From Eledone cirrhosa (lineage: Eukaryota), in assembly GCA_964016885.1 (NCBI GenBank), contig OZ024763.1:10602001-10666000 (forward strand): a stretch of 64,000 bases of DNA. The letters are read 5' to 3'. The position numbers and the translations under genes were made by a program. Under the pieces are notes generated by a model. That model was given only the letters and a program-made list of their open reading frames with translations, was not told the DNA's origin and did not search any database. This document shows, one piece after another, positions 12,517 through 26,443 of this stretch; positions within the stretch are counted from its first letter, which is position 1, and the number at the start of each line of letters is the position of its first letter.

Positions 12517-12563
<47 letters not shown>

Positions 12564-12705
12564 GACAAGTCAAGCTAAACAGGTCAAACAAATATATACA
12601 TGTATATATATATATGGGATAACCAACCAAACAGTGAGTGTGTTCTGTTATTAATTATTATTACACAAATAATATTATTACACAAATATGACCCTCCCCA
12701 AGTAT

Positions 12706-12779
<74 letters not shown>

Positions 12780-13121
12780 ATATTTGTTTGACTTGTTTAG
12801 CTTGACTTGTTTTTTGGCTTAGGTGGTTAATGCCTTCTTGACCACTTTTTTAGTTTGTTTGGCGTTTTAACATTGTTTAGCTCTGGTTTTTTAACTATAG
12901 AGCGCTTGCCAGCATAACTCTGATTTTGCGTTTCGTTTCGCTTTTTCTAGCCGAAATGCGATTCTCGCTGAATTTATATATATATATACATGTATATATA
13001 TATATATGTAGAAGTTCTATTTAAATTGTTGGGATACAACAAGCTCCCGGGAGCTTCCAACAGAAATGGTCGCATTCTTTAAGGGTATGTCAATATTTAT
13101 TTATAAAATTGCTCTATATTA

Positions 13122-13186
13122 TATTTTATCTGATGAAAGCACACCATAATTTAACTTGGTGTCCTTGAAATATGTATAATGAAATA
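13122..13186 (+). ncRNA. Minimal hammerhead ribozyme, family A copy 3
   Basis: TATTTTAT-CTGATGA-AAGCACACCA..TGGTGTCCTT-GAAA-TATGTA-TA-ATGAAATA. Confidence 0.85.
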
Positions 13187-13459
13187 AATATGGTCTTATA
13201 AATATAGTTTCCATTTGTTAATATCGTATATATATATATATCCTACCCTCCACACCCTTCTTAAAACTTTTATTTTCCAAACTCCGATATTCTAATGTTT
13301 ACTCCCTTCCACTGAAGTCTCCATTTCCTGACGTAGGACTTATATCTGAAACGCCCTGACACTCTTCTACTTTCTTCTAAGCAGGATACTAATAAGATTT
13401 TGTGCTTTTGCATCCCTGTGTTTGTCTTGTCATTTAAAAAAATATATGTATATACACCA

Positions 13460-13795
13460 TCATCATCATCACCATCACCATCATCATTACCATCATCATC
13501 ATCATCATTGCTTACCGTCCATTTCTCAGCAGTAGCATGGGTTCGATGATTTGTCCCATTGTGAGACAAGTCAGATCAGATGACCATGTCTTGCTCATGC
13601 AGAACCATTTCTGGTTTGGTTTCTACGACCTGATGCCCTTTCTAACTCCAAACATAGCTACTGTGTGGACTGGGTGCTTTTTATCATGGCACCAAAATGA
13701 CCACTTTACAGTGTGGACTGGGCACTTTTTGTCGAGTCTCCAGCACAACCACTTTACAGTGTGTACAGGCACTTTTTGTCGAGTCTCCAGCACAA
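13460..13795 (-). mobile_element. SINE/non-autonomous retroelement 3' part with (GAT)n tail
   Basis: Homologous to 3531-3748 and to the family B internal repeats. Confidence 0.65.
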
Positions 13796-14025
13796 CCCTC
13801 CCCATCTCTCTGTATTGTGAGCAAGTGGGGTCCCCACGTACTGACTTCCCCACGGCCCCAGCAGACAGAATAGAGATGGCGTTTCCCTGGAGGATGGTGA
13901 GGGAGATGTGCTGAAAGAGGCCCTCCATCTTGCAAGGCTCACACCTGCGGCTAACCAACTCAGCACCTATGGTGGTGAGGAGGGAGGTGGCCCTAGGGCC
14001 AAAAAACCAGAGGTCTCCACTGCAG
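13796..14025 (-). mobile_element. CRE-clade LINE 3' fragment
   Basis: Reverse homolog of 17823-18060 (ISLTILQGNAISILSA). Confidence 0.75.
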
Positions 14026-14105
14026 TGAAGTAAAGTTATATCTCAAACTAAAATTATTGTTATGTGAGTAGTTTATCATCTTTCTTCAACAACAACTAAC
14101 TTCGC

Positions 14106-14187
<82 letters not shown>

Positions 14188-14190
<3 letters not shown>

Positions 14191-14650
14191 CTATAATAAA
14201 GTAAGGAGTGCGGGACTGCGTACGGTTTATAATTTTTTATCCCCTTAGTAAAATAAGTTGGATTACTTTGAATAAATAATGAATGAATATTACATAATTT
14301 ATCTACTAAATTTTGTGGCTGTTGATTAAATATATTTTATTATTTATTTAAAGATTCACTTCTTTAAAATTTTCAAATGTCAACACTTCCGGTTAGCGAT
14401 CGTTTAAATAAACAGTCATATATTTCTGTCACTAATTTTCTCCTAATGCAGTCTTTTTTTAATGTATCATGGATTACGTTACTGATTACAGAAGACAGTG
14501 TAACAACGTCTTCGTTCAATTTCTGTGTATATTGTCAATTACGATGTTATTTGATGTATCATATCTACATGTATATATACTTGTGTATAATATCAATTTA
14601 CACACTGCACATGCTAGCTGAAAAACCAGCCGAAGTGGATTTTCTGCTAG
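14188..14650 (+). mobile_element. Probable non-autonomous Helitron
   Basis: Starts ACTATAATAAAG after (TA)n and ends TTTCTGCTAG|T, like the Helitron ends at 39794 and 46235. Confidence 0.5.
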
Positions 14651-14821
14651 TATATATAATTAAGAAACAAATACACACTTACACACACACACACACACAT
14701 ACACGTACGCACCCATTCATACACACACATACACAATCACACACAAACACACACAAACGCACACAGGCATTCACACATTCACACACACATACAGACACTC
14801 ACACACACACACACACACATA

Positions 14822-14899
14822 TATATGTATGTCAGTGTGTACTGTATGTCCCATTACATGACTGGTACTTAACCAACCATCACAAAAGACACACACTCA

Positions 14900-14956
<57 letters not shown>

Positions 14957-15029
14957 GTATGTCAGTGTGTACTGTATGTCTCATTACATGACTGGTACTT
15001 AACCAACCATCACAAAAGACACACACTCA

Positions 15030-15088
<59 letters not shown>

Positions 15089-15225
15089 GTATGTCAGTGT
15101 GTACTGTATGTCCCATTACATGACTGGTACTTAACCAACCATCACAAAAGACACACACTCACTCACACACACACACACACTCACACACACTCACACACAC
15201 ACACACACACACATTCACACATACA

Positions 15226-15270
<45 letters not shown>

Positions 15271-15335
15271 GTATGTCAGTGTGTACTGTATGTCTCATTA
15301 TATGACTGGTACTTCACCAACCGTCACAAAAGAAT
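14822..15335. repeat. Composite tandem repeat (4 copies): SINE-like core plus variable (CA)n
   Basis: GTATGTCAGTGTGTACTGTATGTCYCATTACATGACTGGTACTTAACCAACCATCACAAAAGA x4. Confidence 0.85.
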
Positions 15336-15502
15336 ATGAACAACAGAGTTTGGGGTGACAGGGATTAGGGGGCTGGTTATAGTAGGTGGTTTTGAAACAA
15401 CCCTACCAGCAGGTCAGCTCAACATCCTAGGGGACATGGTGACCTGGCATTATTCAAATAGGGTGACCTGGCATTATTCAAACACAACTTAAACTGACAA
15501 TT

Positions 15503-15513
15503 ATATATGTGTG

Positions 15514-15547
<34 letters not shown>

Positions 15548-15688
15548 CCTCTTTCTCTCTCTCTCTATATATATATATGTGTGTGTATATAAATATATAT
15601 ATATATATATATATACACATACACACACACATATATATATATATATATAAATACATATATACACATATATATATATATACATATATAT

Positions 15689-15725
<37 letters not shown>

Positions 15726-15728
15726 TGG

Positions 15729-15761
<33 letters not shown>

Positions 15762-15820
15762 CATATATATGGATATATATATATATATGAATGTCTATCT
15801 ATATAGATACATATATATAT

Positions 15821-15863
<43 letters not shown>

Positions 15864-15879
15864 TGCACTTATATACATC

Positions 15880-15925
<46 letters not shown>

Positions 15926-15944
15926 CGTATATGCACTTATATAC

Positions 15945-15975
<31 letters not shown>

Positions 15976-15982
15976 TATATAC

Positions 15983-16058
<76 letters not shown>

Positions 16059-16086
16059 GTATATGCACTTATATACATATATATAT

Positions 16087-16119
<33 letters not shown>

Positions 16120-16200
16120 CACTTATATAAATAGAGAGAGAGAGAGCATGTGTGTATCATTGTCTAGTTCCATGTGTGTGTATGTGTGTATGTGTCTATA
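15503..16200. repeat. Microsatellite block
   Basis: (CT)n, (TA)n, (CA)n. Confidence 0.95.
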
Positions 16201-16359
16201 AGTATACGTATGCATGCAACACAGACACACACAGAGAGCTAGACAAGACACACCCCACCCCTCATTCAATAAGTTCATGGGTCAGAGTTTAAAAGGAATA
16301 AACAAAGAAGGGGGGGTCAGAAGACAAAGATTAGATCATGTGACTCATTACCTTCTTTC

Positions 16360-16852
16360 TCACACCACCACCACCACCACCACACATACCCTTTACCTCC
16401 TCCCTTTCTCTCTCTCCCACAACTACACACTACCTTCTCCCTCCCCATCTCCCCCCTCAACATTCTCCCCCCCCCCGTCCCTCACCCCACCACCCACTAC
16501 CTTCTCCCCCTCTCTCTCTCTCACCCCACCTCCCTCAACCCTCTCCCCCCGTATCTCCCCCCTCCCTCAACTCCTCCCCCCTCTCTCTCTCACCCCACCA
16601 CCCTCTACCTTCTCTCTGTCTCTCTCTCTCTCCTACCCCACCACCGCCGCCGCCGCCACCACCACTACCACCACCACCACCACCACCACACACTTTACCT
16701 TCTCTCTCTCCTACCCCACCGCCACCACCACCTCCACCACACCACCACCACCACCACCACCACACACTTTACCTTCTCTCTCTCCTACCCCACCGCCACC
16801 ACCACCTCCACCACACCACCACCACCACCACCACCGCCACCACCACCACCAC
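16360..16852. repeat. C-rich low complexity / (CAC)n
   Basis: Seen directly. Confidence 0.9.
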
Positions 16853-16969
16853 ATATGGTGAAGGCCACAAACAGTCATTTTATTACAGTTGTTAGACTCT
16901 TTCTCCACCATTTACTCAGAAGCAAGATTTCAAAACTAAAGTTTCACCCAAATTTCTGTCCCTAAAGTG

Positions 16970-18065
16970 ACCCGCATCTCTCCTCACTCACCTCAATACT
17001 TGTGTCCGGCAGCTGAGGAGATCTGCAACGTCGGGTTTGATGACTTTGGATGGCAAAAGGCCACCTTACCTGTTAGAAACAGGGGCCTTCATCTCCGGTC
17101 TCCGTTCTCACTGACTTTACTCGTGTTTCCTTCATCGGTAACCTCATGCCATGTACTCATTAACAGGGTTCTCTACACACAATGGAACCCTCTGTGATCG
17201 AGGAATGTGAGGCCACCTGCGAGATTTGGAACCAACTTGGACTCCGCCCTGTAGACATCCCTCCTCCTCTTCCCTTTATAGACGTCAAATCCCTCACAGA
17301 GCGTATGAGATGCCATCCAGTGCAACAGACCCTCGGACAGGCTAGTGCGCCAGCACGACCTGCACCACCTCACTCTGCTTTTGCTCAGCCTCACAACCAC
17401 ACCGTGGTGCCTGGCCTAACCCTCGTTTTCGACTAGCATGCAGTTGGACAATGATAGCCTGCGAATTTCCCTGAGGCTCGGATTCCAGATCTGTGAGTCA
17501 CAAATGTCACTGTGGATCCACCGTAGACTCTTTTGGCTTCCACTCGCTGTCTTGTCGCTACAGTGCAGGCCGTCTTCCACGCCATGCTGCTCTCAATGAG
17601 GTTAAAAAGCATGGCTTAGATGCTGCTGGCTTCCCCTTCCAACTCGAGCTGGTGGGGCTGGACCGAGGGGACAGCAAAAGGCCAGACAGTATAATTATCT
17701 TTCTGTTCTGCAGTGGTAAACCCATCATTTGGGATGCCACATGCAGCAACACTTTCTCTAGTGGCAACTTGGTGCAGTCTGTGACTAACCCAGGCTCTGT
17801 TGCACTTTGTGGTCGACTCCATAGCAGTGGAGATTTCTGGTGTCCTTTCTTTGACCCTAGGACCACCTCCTTACTCACCACCATCAGCACAGAGCTGGCT
17901 ACTTGCATGTGTGAGCCTTGTGAGCTGAAATGGCTCTTCCAGCGTATCTCCCTCACCATCCTCCATGAAACGCTTTCTCTATAATGTCCGCCAGGACAAC
18001 AGGGTGGCCAGCATATAGGCCCCCATTTTCTCCCAATAGTGAGAGATGGGGAGAGTGGGAGGGAC
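16970..18065 (+). mobile_element. CRE-clade non-LTR retrotransposon 3' remnant (zinc knuckle + restriction-like endonuclease), internally deleted
   Basis: CHCG...H.LSC......RH.ALN zinc knuckle, KRPD..I.....GKPIIWDATC, WLFQRISL; stops and frameshifts. Confidence 0.85.
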
Positions 18066-18174
18066 AGAGGCAGTGGGAGTTTGGTTCCATTATGTTTGGA
18101 CCTCGCTTATAAGTATATAGTTATTAATGATTTTAAAAGTTATATGACAACAGATAAAAGGGAAACGTTTTTAA

Positions 18175-18390
18175 CCCTTTAGCATTTAGCATTTATTTTA
18201 CTCCATATTTACTACTGTAAAGGTTTTACCTTACATGATACCTCACATAATATCGAATCTACGAGACTTTGATATTATTTATTTCGAGAACAATAACTTA
18301 ACATTAATATGAGAAGCTGGTTACAGCCAGTTTGAAAAGAAAGAGGTGAGAAAACTCTGGCCAGATATGACCGGTTTAAATGCTAAAGGG
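18175..18390 (+). mobile_element. piggyBac-type MITE
   Basis: TTAA|CCCTTTAGCATTTA ... TAAATGCTAAAGGG|TTAA. Confidence 0.9.
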
Positions 18391-18444
18391 TTAAAGATTA
18401 TTTTTTTAGTTACAAATAATAATGGAAGCACCAAATAGCATGAT

Positions 18445-18570
18445 GAACAAATACTGGTACTAGGACTAAATACTGTCAGTGTTAACAGATACTGGTACTA
18501 GGACTAAATACTGTCAGTGTTAACAGACACTGGTACTAGGACTAAATACTGTCAGTTTATGTTAACAGAT
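18445..18570. repeat. 38-bp tandem repeat x3
   Basis: AACAGATACTGGTACTAGGACTAAATACTGTCAGTGTT. Confidence 0.8.
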
Positions 18571-18879
18571 ACCAGGACCAAATACAGTCTGCCAATAGGA
18601 ACCACTAATGATGAACAAGTACTGGTTCTAAGATGAGATCCAGTCAGTTAATGTGAATAACTGAAAGTAAATGAATACTTGTACTAGGACTAAATACAAT
18701 AAACATTTATTAAACATAGATCTTACTTGTTACTGCATTGTGAAGTTACAAGAAGGACTAACATTTATAAAGTAATGGATCTTCCTTCGGTTTTGAGGAA
18801 TTGGGTTTTAGTTTAAAACATATTCAGAAACATGTTTTATGCCGTAAGGCAAAAGAGTAAATACATTTCCATTATGACC

Positions 18880-19370
18880 CCAGTAATGTGGGGTTTGCCA
18901 ATGTGTAGGACTGTTCTCTGGTGTATAGGGAAGTTCATGTGCAAGCCATCTCATTGTTCCAGCAGGGGTCAGAAAGGAGAAAATGTTGTCCCAGGGGATG
19001 GCAAGAAAGACTCGTTGGAATAACCATTCCCACTCATGTAGTTCCCTCCTGTGGGTAGCCAACTCTGCCCGATAGTAGTTAGTATGGAGGCGGTACAGGG
19101 ACCAAGAATGTCAGAAGTCTCTACTGCTACAGGTTTGATAAAATGTCAGTTCACTGCATGGAGCTCACTCTTGAGGGTGACTAACTCTATCACCAATAGT
19201 TGTGAGTAAGAGATGGTCCAGAACGCTGGAAGTCTCCACTGCTACAGGTTCAAACACAATCCTATCAAAGAACAGCCGATACTTCCACAAGTTACCCTCT
19301 TAGACTTGACAGGCAACAACACCTGGGTTAGAGTCACTGAGTGCACCATGTTGCTGCTGGAAAAGGTGTG
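18880..19370 (-). mobile_element. CRE-clade LINE fragment
   Basis: ELHEWEWLFQRVFLAI..DNIFSFL, homologous to the 17493 ORF C-terminus. Confidence 0.7.
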
Positions 19371-19519
19371 TATGATATTAAACTGTCACTGAGGGACATG
19401 AAAAAACAAAAGCGGAAACATGGTTGGAGTTATCTCCCATATAAATGAAAAAAGAAATATTAGTAATTGACTCACAACAAGGTGATCTTTGCATCCTTAC
19501 GAGTAGATGAAACTGTACC

Positions 19520-19688
19520 AGTGATTATTGGGATCACCTTACATTCTTAGGATTAGATGGCAACTCTACCAGCCATATATTGGGGTCACCTTACATAATT
19601 AGTATTAGATGACAACTCTACCAGCCATATATTGGGGTCACCTTATATACTTAGTATTAGATGACAACTCTACCAGTGCTATATTGGA
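19520..19688. repeat. ~52-bp tandem repeat x3
   Basis: TATTGGGGTCACCTTACATA.TTAGTATTAGATGACAACTCTACCAG. Confidence 0.75.
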
Positions 19689-19947
19689 TTTGTCTCTGTC
19701 ATCTCTTCCTTCCTTCCTCAAATTTCTGGTTTATAGTGGCTTTATTAATGTCAAAATATAAACCAAATACTAACACATCTACAACACACAAGAAATTAAT
19801 TATGGAACTCACCCAAACATAACAACTGAATATTTTTTTTTTACTTTAATGTTAAATATTATCCCAGCCTCACCCATGATCCTTTTTAGCCTACTTGAAA
19901 ATACAATAGAATACTGGAGTCTATATTATCAACTAAAATCCTTTTAA

Positions 19948-20379
19948 CCCTTTATCATTACATTACTCTATATTTACTAATGTATTTTCACGGTAAAGGC
20001 TTTACCTGATGTAATTATCTCACCTAATATCGAATCTATGAGGTTTTGATATTATTTTAAGAACATTAGGTGAACTGGCAGTATTGGTAGAGGGTCCGAC
20101 ATGCTTTCCAGCATAATTACGTCCCTTTACGATCTGAGTTCAAATCCGTCCGAGGTTAACTTTGATTTTCATCCTTACGGGGTCGATAAAATAAAGTACC
20201 AGTAATGTACTGGATCATTGCTGGCCTTGTACCAAAAGTAGAAACAATTATTATCTAAGAACGATATTATTTAAAGAACAATACCTTAACATCAGTTTGA
20301 GTGGCTGGTTAGGGGCTAGTTTGAACAGCAAGAGGTGAGTGAGTTCTGGCTGGATATGGTTGGTTTAAATGCTAAAGGG
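19948..20379 (+). mobile_element. piggyBac-type MITE carrying a SINE A insertion
   Basis: TTAA target duplications, CCC/GGG termini; SINE at 20069-20253 flanked by near-duplicated GATATTATTT.AAGAACA. Confidence 0.85.
20069..20253 (+). mobile_element. SINE family A
   Basis: Full head-to-tail match to 5661-5850. Confidence 0.88.
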
Positions 20380-20686
20380 TTAAGGTTGTGCCCTAGAATA
20401 GCTGGGGAAACCTGTAAAAAAAAAAAATAGAAGAATAAAAGCTGGGTGTTTTTCTGTAAACATATGTGTATACAGTGAAATGAAGCTGTAAGTGGAAGAG
20501 TAGAAATATGCGAGACTTCACTGGAATTTAGACAGGTGTAACAGATATTGTAGTCATTATCAAAGTTAGTGTAATGGAGGTTTGGTTTATTACTAACAAA
20601 CCAACTCTTTTCATAGTACAAAGTGTTTAGGAATTTAAAGAATATTGGAAGGTGACAAAGAAAAAACCTGTATACACACATATATG

Positions 20687-20734
<48 letters not shown>

Positions 20735-20777
20735 CATCATTTAATGTCCATTATTCCATGCTCTCTCTCTCTCTCTG

Positions 20778-20850
<73 letters not shown>

Positions 20851-21004
20851 TGCTAATACGTTGTGGAACTAACTTTATATATATACACACACACATATAC
20901 ATACATCCATATATACATACTCATATAAGTGCATATACACAGAAACCTTACTAATGTATAGATAATACTCTCACTTGCACCCAAACACATACTGTTACAC
21001 CCTC

Positions 21005-22420
21005 TCACTTACACACTCATATAGACACACACACACTCATATAGCCACATACACACTCACATAGCCACTTACACACTCACATAGCCACTTACACACTCAC
21101 ATAGACACATACACACTCACATAGACACTTACACACTCACATAGACACATACACACTCACATAAACACATACACACTTACATAGCCACATACACACTCAC
21201 ATAGCTACATACACACTTACATAGCCACATACACACTTACATAGACACATACACACTCACATAGACACATACACACTCACATAGACACATACACACTCAC
21301 ATAGCCACATACACCTCACATAGACACATACACCTCACATAGCTACATACACACTCACATAGACACATACACACTCACATAGCCACATACACCTCACATA
21401 GACACATACACCTCACATAGACACATACATACTCACATAGACACATACACCTCACATAGACACATACACACTCACATAGAAATATACACACTCACATAGC
21501 TACATACACACTCACATAGACACATAGACACATACACACTCACATAGACACATACACACTTACATAGCTACATACACACTCACATAGACACATACACACT
21601 CACATAGACACATACACACTCACATAGACACATACACACTCACATAGACACATACACACTCACATAGACACATACACACTCACATAGACACATACACACT
21701 TACATAGCTACATACACACTCACATAGACACATACACACTCACATAGACACATACACACTCACATCGACACATACACTCACATAGCTACACACACTCACA
21801 TAGACACATACACACTTACATAGACACATACACACTCACATAGACACATACACTCACATAGCTACACACACACACATAGCCACACACTCACATAGCCACA
21901 CATACACACTCACATAGCCACATACACACACACATAGCCACACACACACACACACATAGCCACATGCACACACACACACATAGCCACACACACTCACATA
22001 ACCACACACACACACATAACCACACACACTCACACATAGCCACACACTCACACATTGTCACACACACTCACACATACACACATAGCCACACACACACACA
22101 CACATAACCACACACACACACTCACACATAGTCACACACACTCACATAACCACACACACTCACACATACACACATAGCCACACACACACACACACATAAC
22201 CACACACACACACTCACACATAGCCACACACACTCACATAACCACACACACTCACACATACACACATAGCCACACACACACACACACATAACCACACACA
22301 CACACTCACACATAGCCACACACACTCACATAACCACACACACTCACACATACACACATAGCCACACACACATACACACATAACCACACACACACTCTCA
22401 TAACCACACACACTCACATA
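21005..22420. repeat. ~20-bp CA-derived minisatellite
   Basis: CACATACACACTCACATAG(A/C), grading into a variable (CA)n compound. Confidence 0.9.
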
Positions 22421-22637
22421 GATTAAATATTTGGTAATTACAAAGGATGGAGTATCAGGCTCGTTATGTTTGTTTGTCTTAATCACATATTATATTTCCA
22501 ATTAATTGGTGGAAGCAATGGCTAATTGTATCTGCCTCTTCATTTCACAGGAATCCCTGACCACATTTATTCAGCCACACACACATATATACATACATAC
22601 ACATACATACATACACGTACATACATATATACATACA

Positions 22638-22823
22638 TAATAATTGTTTCTACTTTAGGCACAAGGCCAGCAATTATCCAGTGCATTACTGGTACTTTTT
22701 TTTATCGACCCCGTAAGGATGAAAGGCAAAGTCAACCTCGGCGGGATTTGAACTCAGATCATAAAGGGACGTAACTATGCTGGAAAGCATGGCGTCCGAC
22801 CCTCTACCGATACTGCCAATCCA
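22638..22823 (-). mobile_element. SINE family A
   Basis: Reverse complement of 22896-23090. Confidence 0.9.
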
Positions 22824-22895
22824 TACATAATAATGGCTACCCCCTCGTTATCGAGTATGGCCATTGCATGATATACCATTATTAATAATTATTAC

Positions 22896-23090
22896 GGGGG
22901 GTGGATTGGCAGTATCGGTAGAGGGTCGGACGCCATGCTTTCCAGCATAGTTACGTCCCTTTACGATCTGAGTTCAAATCCCGCCGAGGTTGACTTTGCC
23001 TTTCATCCTTACGGGGGTCGATAAAATAAAGTACCAGTAATGAACTGGGTAATTGCTGGCCTTGTGCCTAAAGTAGAAACAATTATTAAT
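22896..23090 (+). mobile_element. SINE family A
   Basis: Box B GAGTTCAAATCC; (ATT)n tail. Confidence 0.9.
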
Positions 23091-23109
23091 AATTATTAAT
23101 TAATTCTAT

Positions 23110-23427
23110 CGTGCAATGCCAGTGCGTGAAGATATTTTTTAAAGTGAGGAAAGACTGGGCACTGAGCCAATCCCACTCTCTGAGAGACAGTAGCTATCTA
23201 TTTTTCTCTAACGCTACTTCTTTGCTAAACTCTATCAACATTACTCTAATCTCTCTTTTGAGAGCCCCCCACCATCTATTGTTGACGACGGCCCCTGTCA
23301 ACTTTTTCTTAACTAAATTGTTGACCTGGTCCCTGTAAGCCTTACGTGCCAGAAATGACATGTTTAGCTTCCAGTAACCAGGTCCTAACCTACGCATCTT
23401 ATCTAGGTCGACCATAGAGATCAGTTT
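23110..23427 (-). mobile_element. L1/Tx1-clade LINE ORF2 fragment
   Basis: GPGYWKLN.SFL...Y......W..LK..IR...I.FSK, typical of the post-endonuclease linker. Confidence 0.75.
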
Positions 23428-26400
23428 ACTGTGTCCTTGAGCAAGACACTTTATTTCATGTTGCTCCAGTCCACTGTGTCCTCGAGCAAGACACTTTATT
23501 TCATGTTGCTCCAATCCACTGTGTCCTTGAGCAAGACACTTTATTTCATGTTGCTACAGTCCACTGTGTCCTTGAGCAAGACACTTTATTTCATGTTGCT
23601 CCAGTCCACTGTGTCCTTGAGCAAGACACTTTATTTCACGTTGCTCCAGTCCACTGGATCCTTGAACAAGACACTTTATTTCATATTTCTCCAATCCACT
23701 GTGTCCTTGAGCAAGACACTTTATTTCACGTTGCTCCAGTCCACTGTGTCCTTGAGCAAGACACTTTATTTCATGTTGCTCCAGTCCAGTGTCCTTGAGC
23801 AAGACACTTTATTTCATGTTGCTCCAGTCCACTGTGTCTTTGAGCAAGACACTTTATTTCACGTTGCTCCAGTCCACTGTGTCCTCGAGCAAGACACTTT
23901 ATTTCATGTTGCTCCAGTCCACTGTGTCCTTGAGCAAGACACTTTATTTCATGTTGCTCCAGTCCACTGTGTCCTTGAGCAAGACACTTTATTTCATGTT
24001 GCTCCAGTCCACTGTGTCCTCGAGCAAGACACTTCATTTCACGTTGCTCCAGTCCACTGGGTCCTTGAACAAGACACTTTATTTCACGTTGCTCCAGTTC
24101 ACTGTGTCCTTGAGCAAGACACTTTATTTCACGTTGCTCCAGTCCACTGTGTCCTTGAACAAGACACTTTATTTCACGTTGCTCCAGTCCACTGTGTCCT
24201 CAAGCAAGACACTTCATTTCACGTTGCTCCAGTCCACTGGGTCCTTGAACAAGACACTTTATTTCACGTTGCTCCAGTCCACTGTGTCCTTGAGCAAGAC
24301 ACTTTATTTCACGTTGCTCCAGTCCACTGGGTCCTTGAACAAGACACTTTATTTCACGTTGCTCCAGTCCACTGTGTCCTTGAGCAAGACACTTTATTTC
24401 ACGTTGCTCCAGTCCACTGTGTCCTCGAGCAAGACACTTTATTTCATGTTGCTCCAGTCCACTGTATCTTTGAGCAAGACACTTTATTTCATGTTGCTCC
24501 AGTCCACTGTGTCCTTGAGCAAGACACTTTATTTCATGTTGCTCCAGTCCACTGTGTCCTTGAGCAAGACACTTTATTTCATGTTGCTCCAATCCACTGT
24601 GTCCTTGAGCAAGACACTTTATTTCATGTTGCTCCAGTCCACTGTGTCCTTGAGCAAGACACTTTATTTCACATTGCTCCAGTCCACTGTGTCCTTGAGC
24701 AAGACACTTTATTTCATGTTGCTCCAGTCCACTGTGTCCTTGAGCAAGACACTTTATTTCATGTTGCTCCAGTCCACTGTGTCCTTGAGCAAGACACTTT
24801 ATTTCATGTTGCTCCAATCCACTGTGTCCTTGAGCAAGACACTTTATTTCATGTTGCTCCAGTCCACTGTGTCCTTGAGCAAGACACTTTATTTCACATT
24901 GCTCCAGTCCACTGTGTCCTTGAGCAAGACACTTTATTTCATGTTGCTCCAGTCCACTGTGTCCTCGAGCAAGACACTTCATTTCATGTTGCTCCAATCC
25001 ACTGTGTCCTCGAGCAAGACACTTCATTTCATGTTGCTCCAGTCCACTGTGTCCTCGAGCAAGACACTTTATTTCATGTTGCTCCAGTCCACTGTGTCCT
25101 TGAGCAAGACACTTTATTTCATGTTGCTCCAATCCACTGTGTCCTTGAGCAAGACACTTTATTTCATGTTGCTCCAGTCCACTGTGTCCTCGAGCAAGAC
25201 ACTTTATTTCATGTTGCTCCAATCCACTGTGTCCTCGAGCAAGACACTTCATTTCATGTTGCTCCAGTCCACTGTGTCCTCGAGCAAGACACTTTATTTC
25301 ATGTTGCTCCAGTCCACTGTGTCCTCGAGCAAGACACTTTATTTCATGTTGCTCCAGTCCACTGTGTCCTTGAGCAAGACACTTTATTTCATGTTGCTCC
25401 AATCCACTGTGTCCTCGAGCAAGACACTTTATTTCATGTTGCTCCAGTCCACTGTGTCCTCGAGCAAGACACTTTATTTCATGGTGCTCCAATCCACTGT
25501 GTCCTCGAGCAAGACACTTCATTTCATGTTGCTCCAGTCCACTGTGTCCTTGAGCAAGACACTTTATTTCATGTTGCTCCAGTCCACTGTGTCCTCGAGC
25601 AAGACACTTTATTTCATGTTGCTCCAGTCCACTGTGTCCTTGAGCAAGACACTTTATTTCATGTTGCTCCAGTCCACTGTGTCCTCGAGCAAGACACTTT
25701 ATTTCATGTTGCTCCAGTCCACTGTGTCCTCGAGCAAGACACTTTATTTCATGTTGCTCCAGTCCACTGTGTCCTCGAGCAAGACACTTTATTTCATGTT
25801 GCTCCAGTCCACTGTGTCCTTGAGCAAGACACTTTATTTCATGTTGCTCCAGTCCACTGTGTCCTTGAGCAAGACACTTTATTTCATGTTGCTCCAGTCC
25901 ACTGTGTCCTCGAGCAAGACACTTCATTTCACGTTGCTCCAGTCCACTGGGTCCTTGAACAAGACACTTTATTTCACGTTGCTCCAGTTCACTGTGTCCT
26001 TGAACAAGACACTTTATTTCACGTTGCTCCAGTCCACTGTGTCCTTGAACAAGACACTTTATTTCACGTTGCTCCAGTCCACTGTGTCCTCAAGCAAGAC
26101 ACTTCATTTCACGTTGCTCCAGTCCACTGGGTCCTTGAACAAGACACTTTATTTCACGTTGCTCCAGTCCACTGTGTCCTTGAGCAAGACACTTTATTTC
26201 ACGTTGCTCCAGTCCACTGTGTCCTCGAGCAAGACACTTTATTTCATGTTGCTCCAGTCCACTGTGTCCTCGAGCAAGACACTTTATTTCACGTTGCTCC
26301 AGTCCACTGTGTCCTCGAGCAAGACACTTTATTTCATGTTGCTCCAGTCCACTGTGTCCTTGAGCAAGACACTTTATTTCATGTTGCTCCAGTCCAGTGT

Positions 26401-26443
26401 GTCCTTGAGCAAGACACTTTATTTCATGTTGCTCCAGTCCACT
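23428..26443. repeat. 45-bp tandem array (~67 copies) of the SINE CORE-like domain
   Basis: ACTGTGTCCTTGAGCAAGACACTTTATTTCATGTTGCTCCAGTCC; the last unit runs into the SINE 3' half. Confidence 0.95.

Larger units (their letters stand above)
12118..12519. mobile_element. Fold-back PLE-like insert, family B: ~150-bp apparently perfect inverted repeat plus tail
   Basis: Arms 12118-12268 / 12283-12433, 14-nt loop; tail 12434-12519; flanked by (TA)n. Confidence 0.85.

Noticed and set aside
20316-20440. Host coding exon after the minus-strand acceptor at ~20412
   Set aside because: Runs into a MITE within ~30 nt; no recognisable protein
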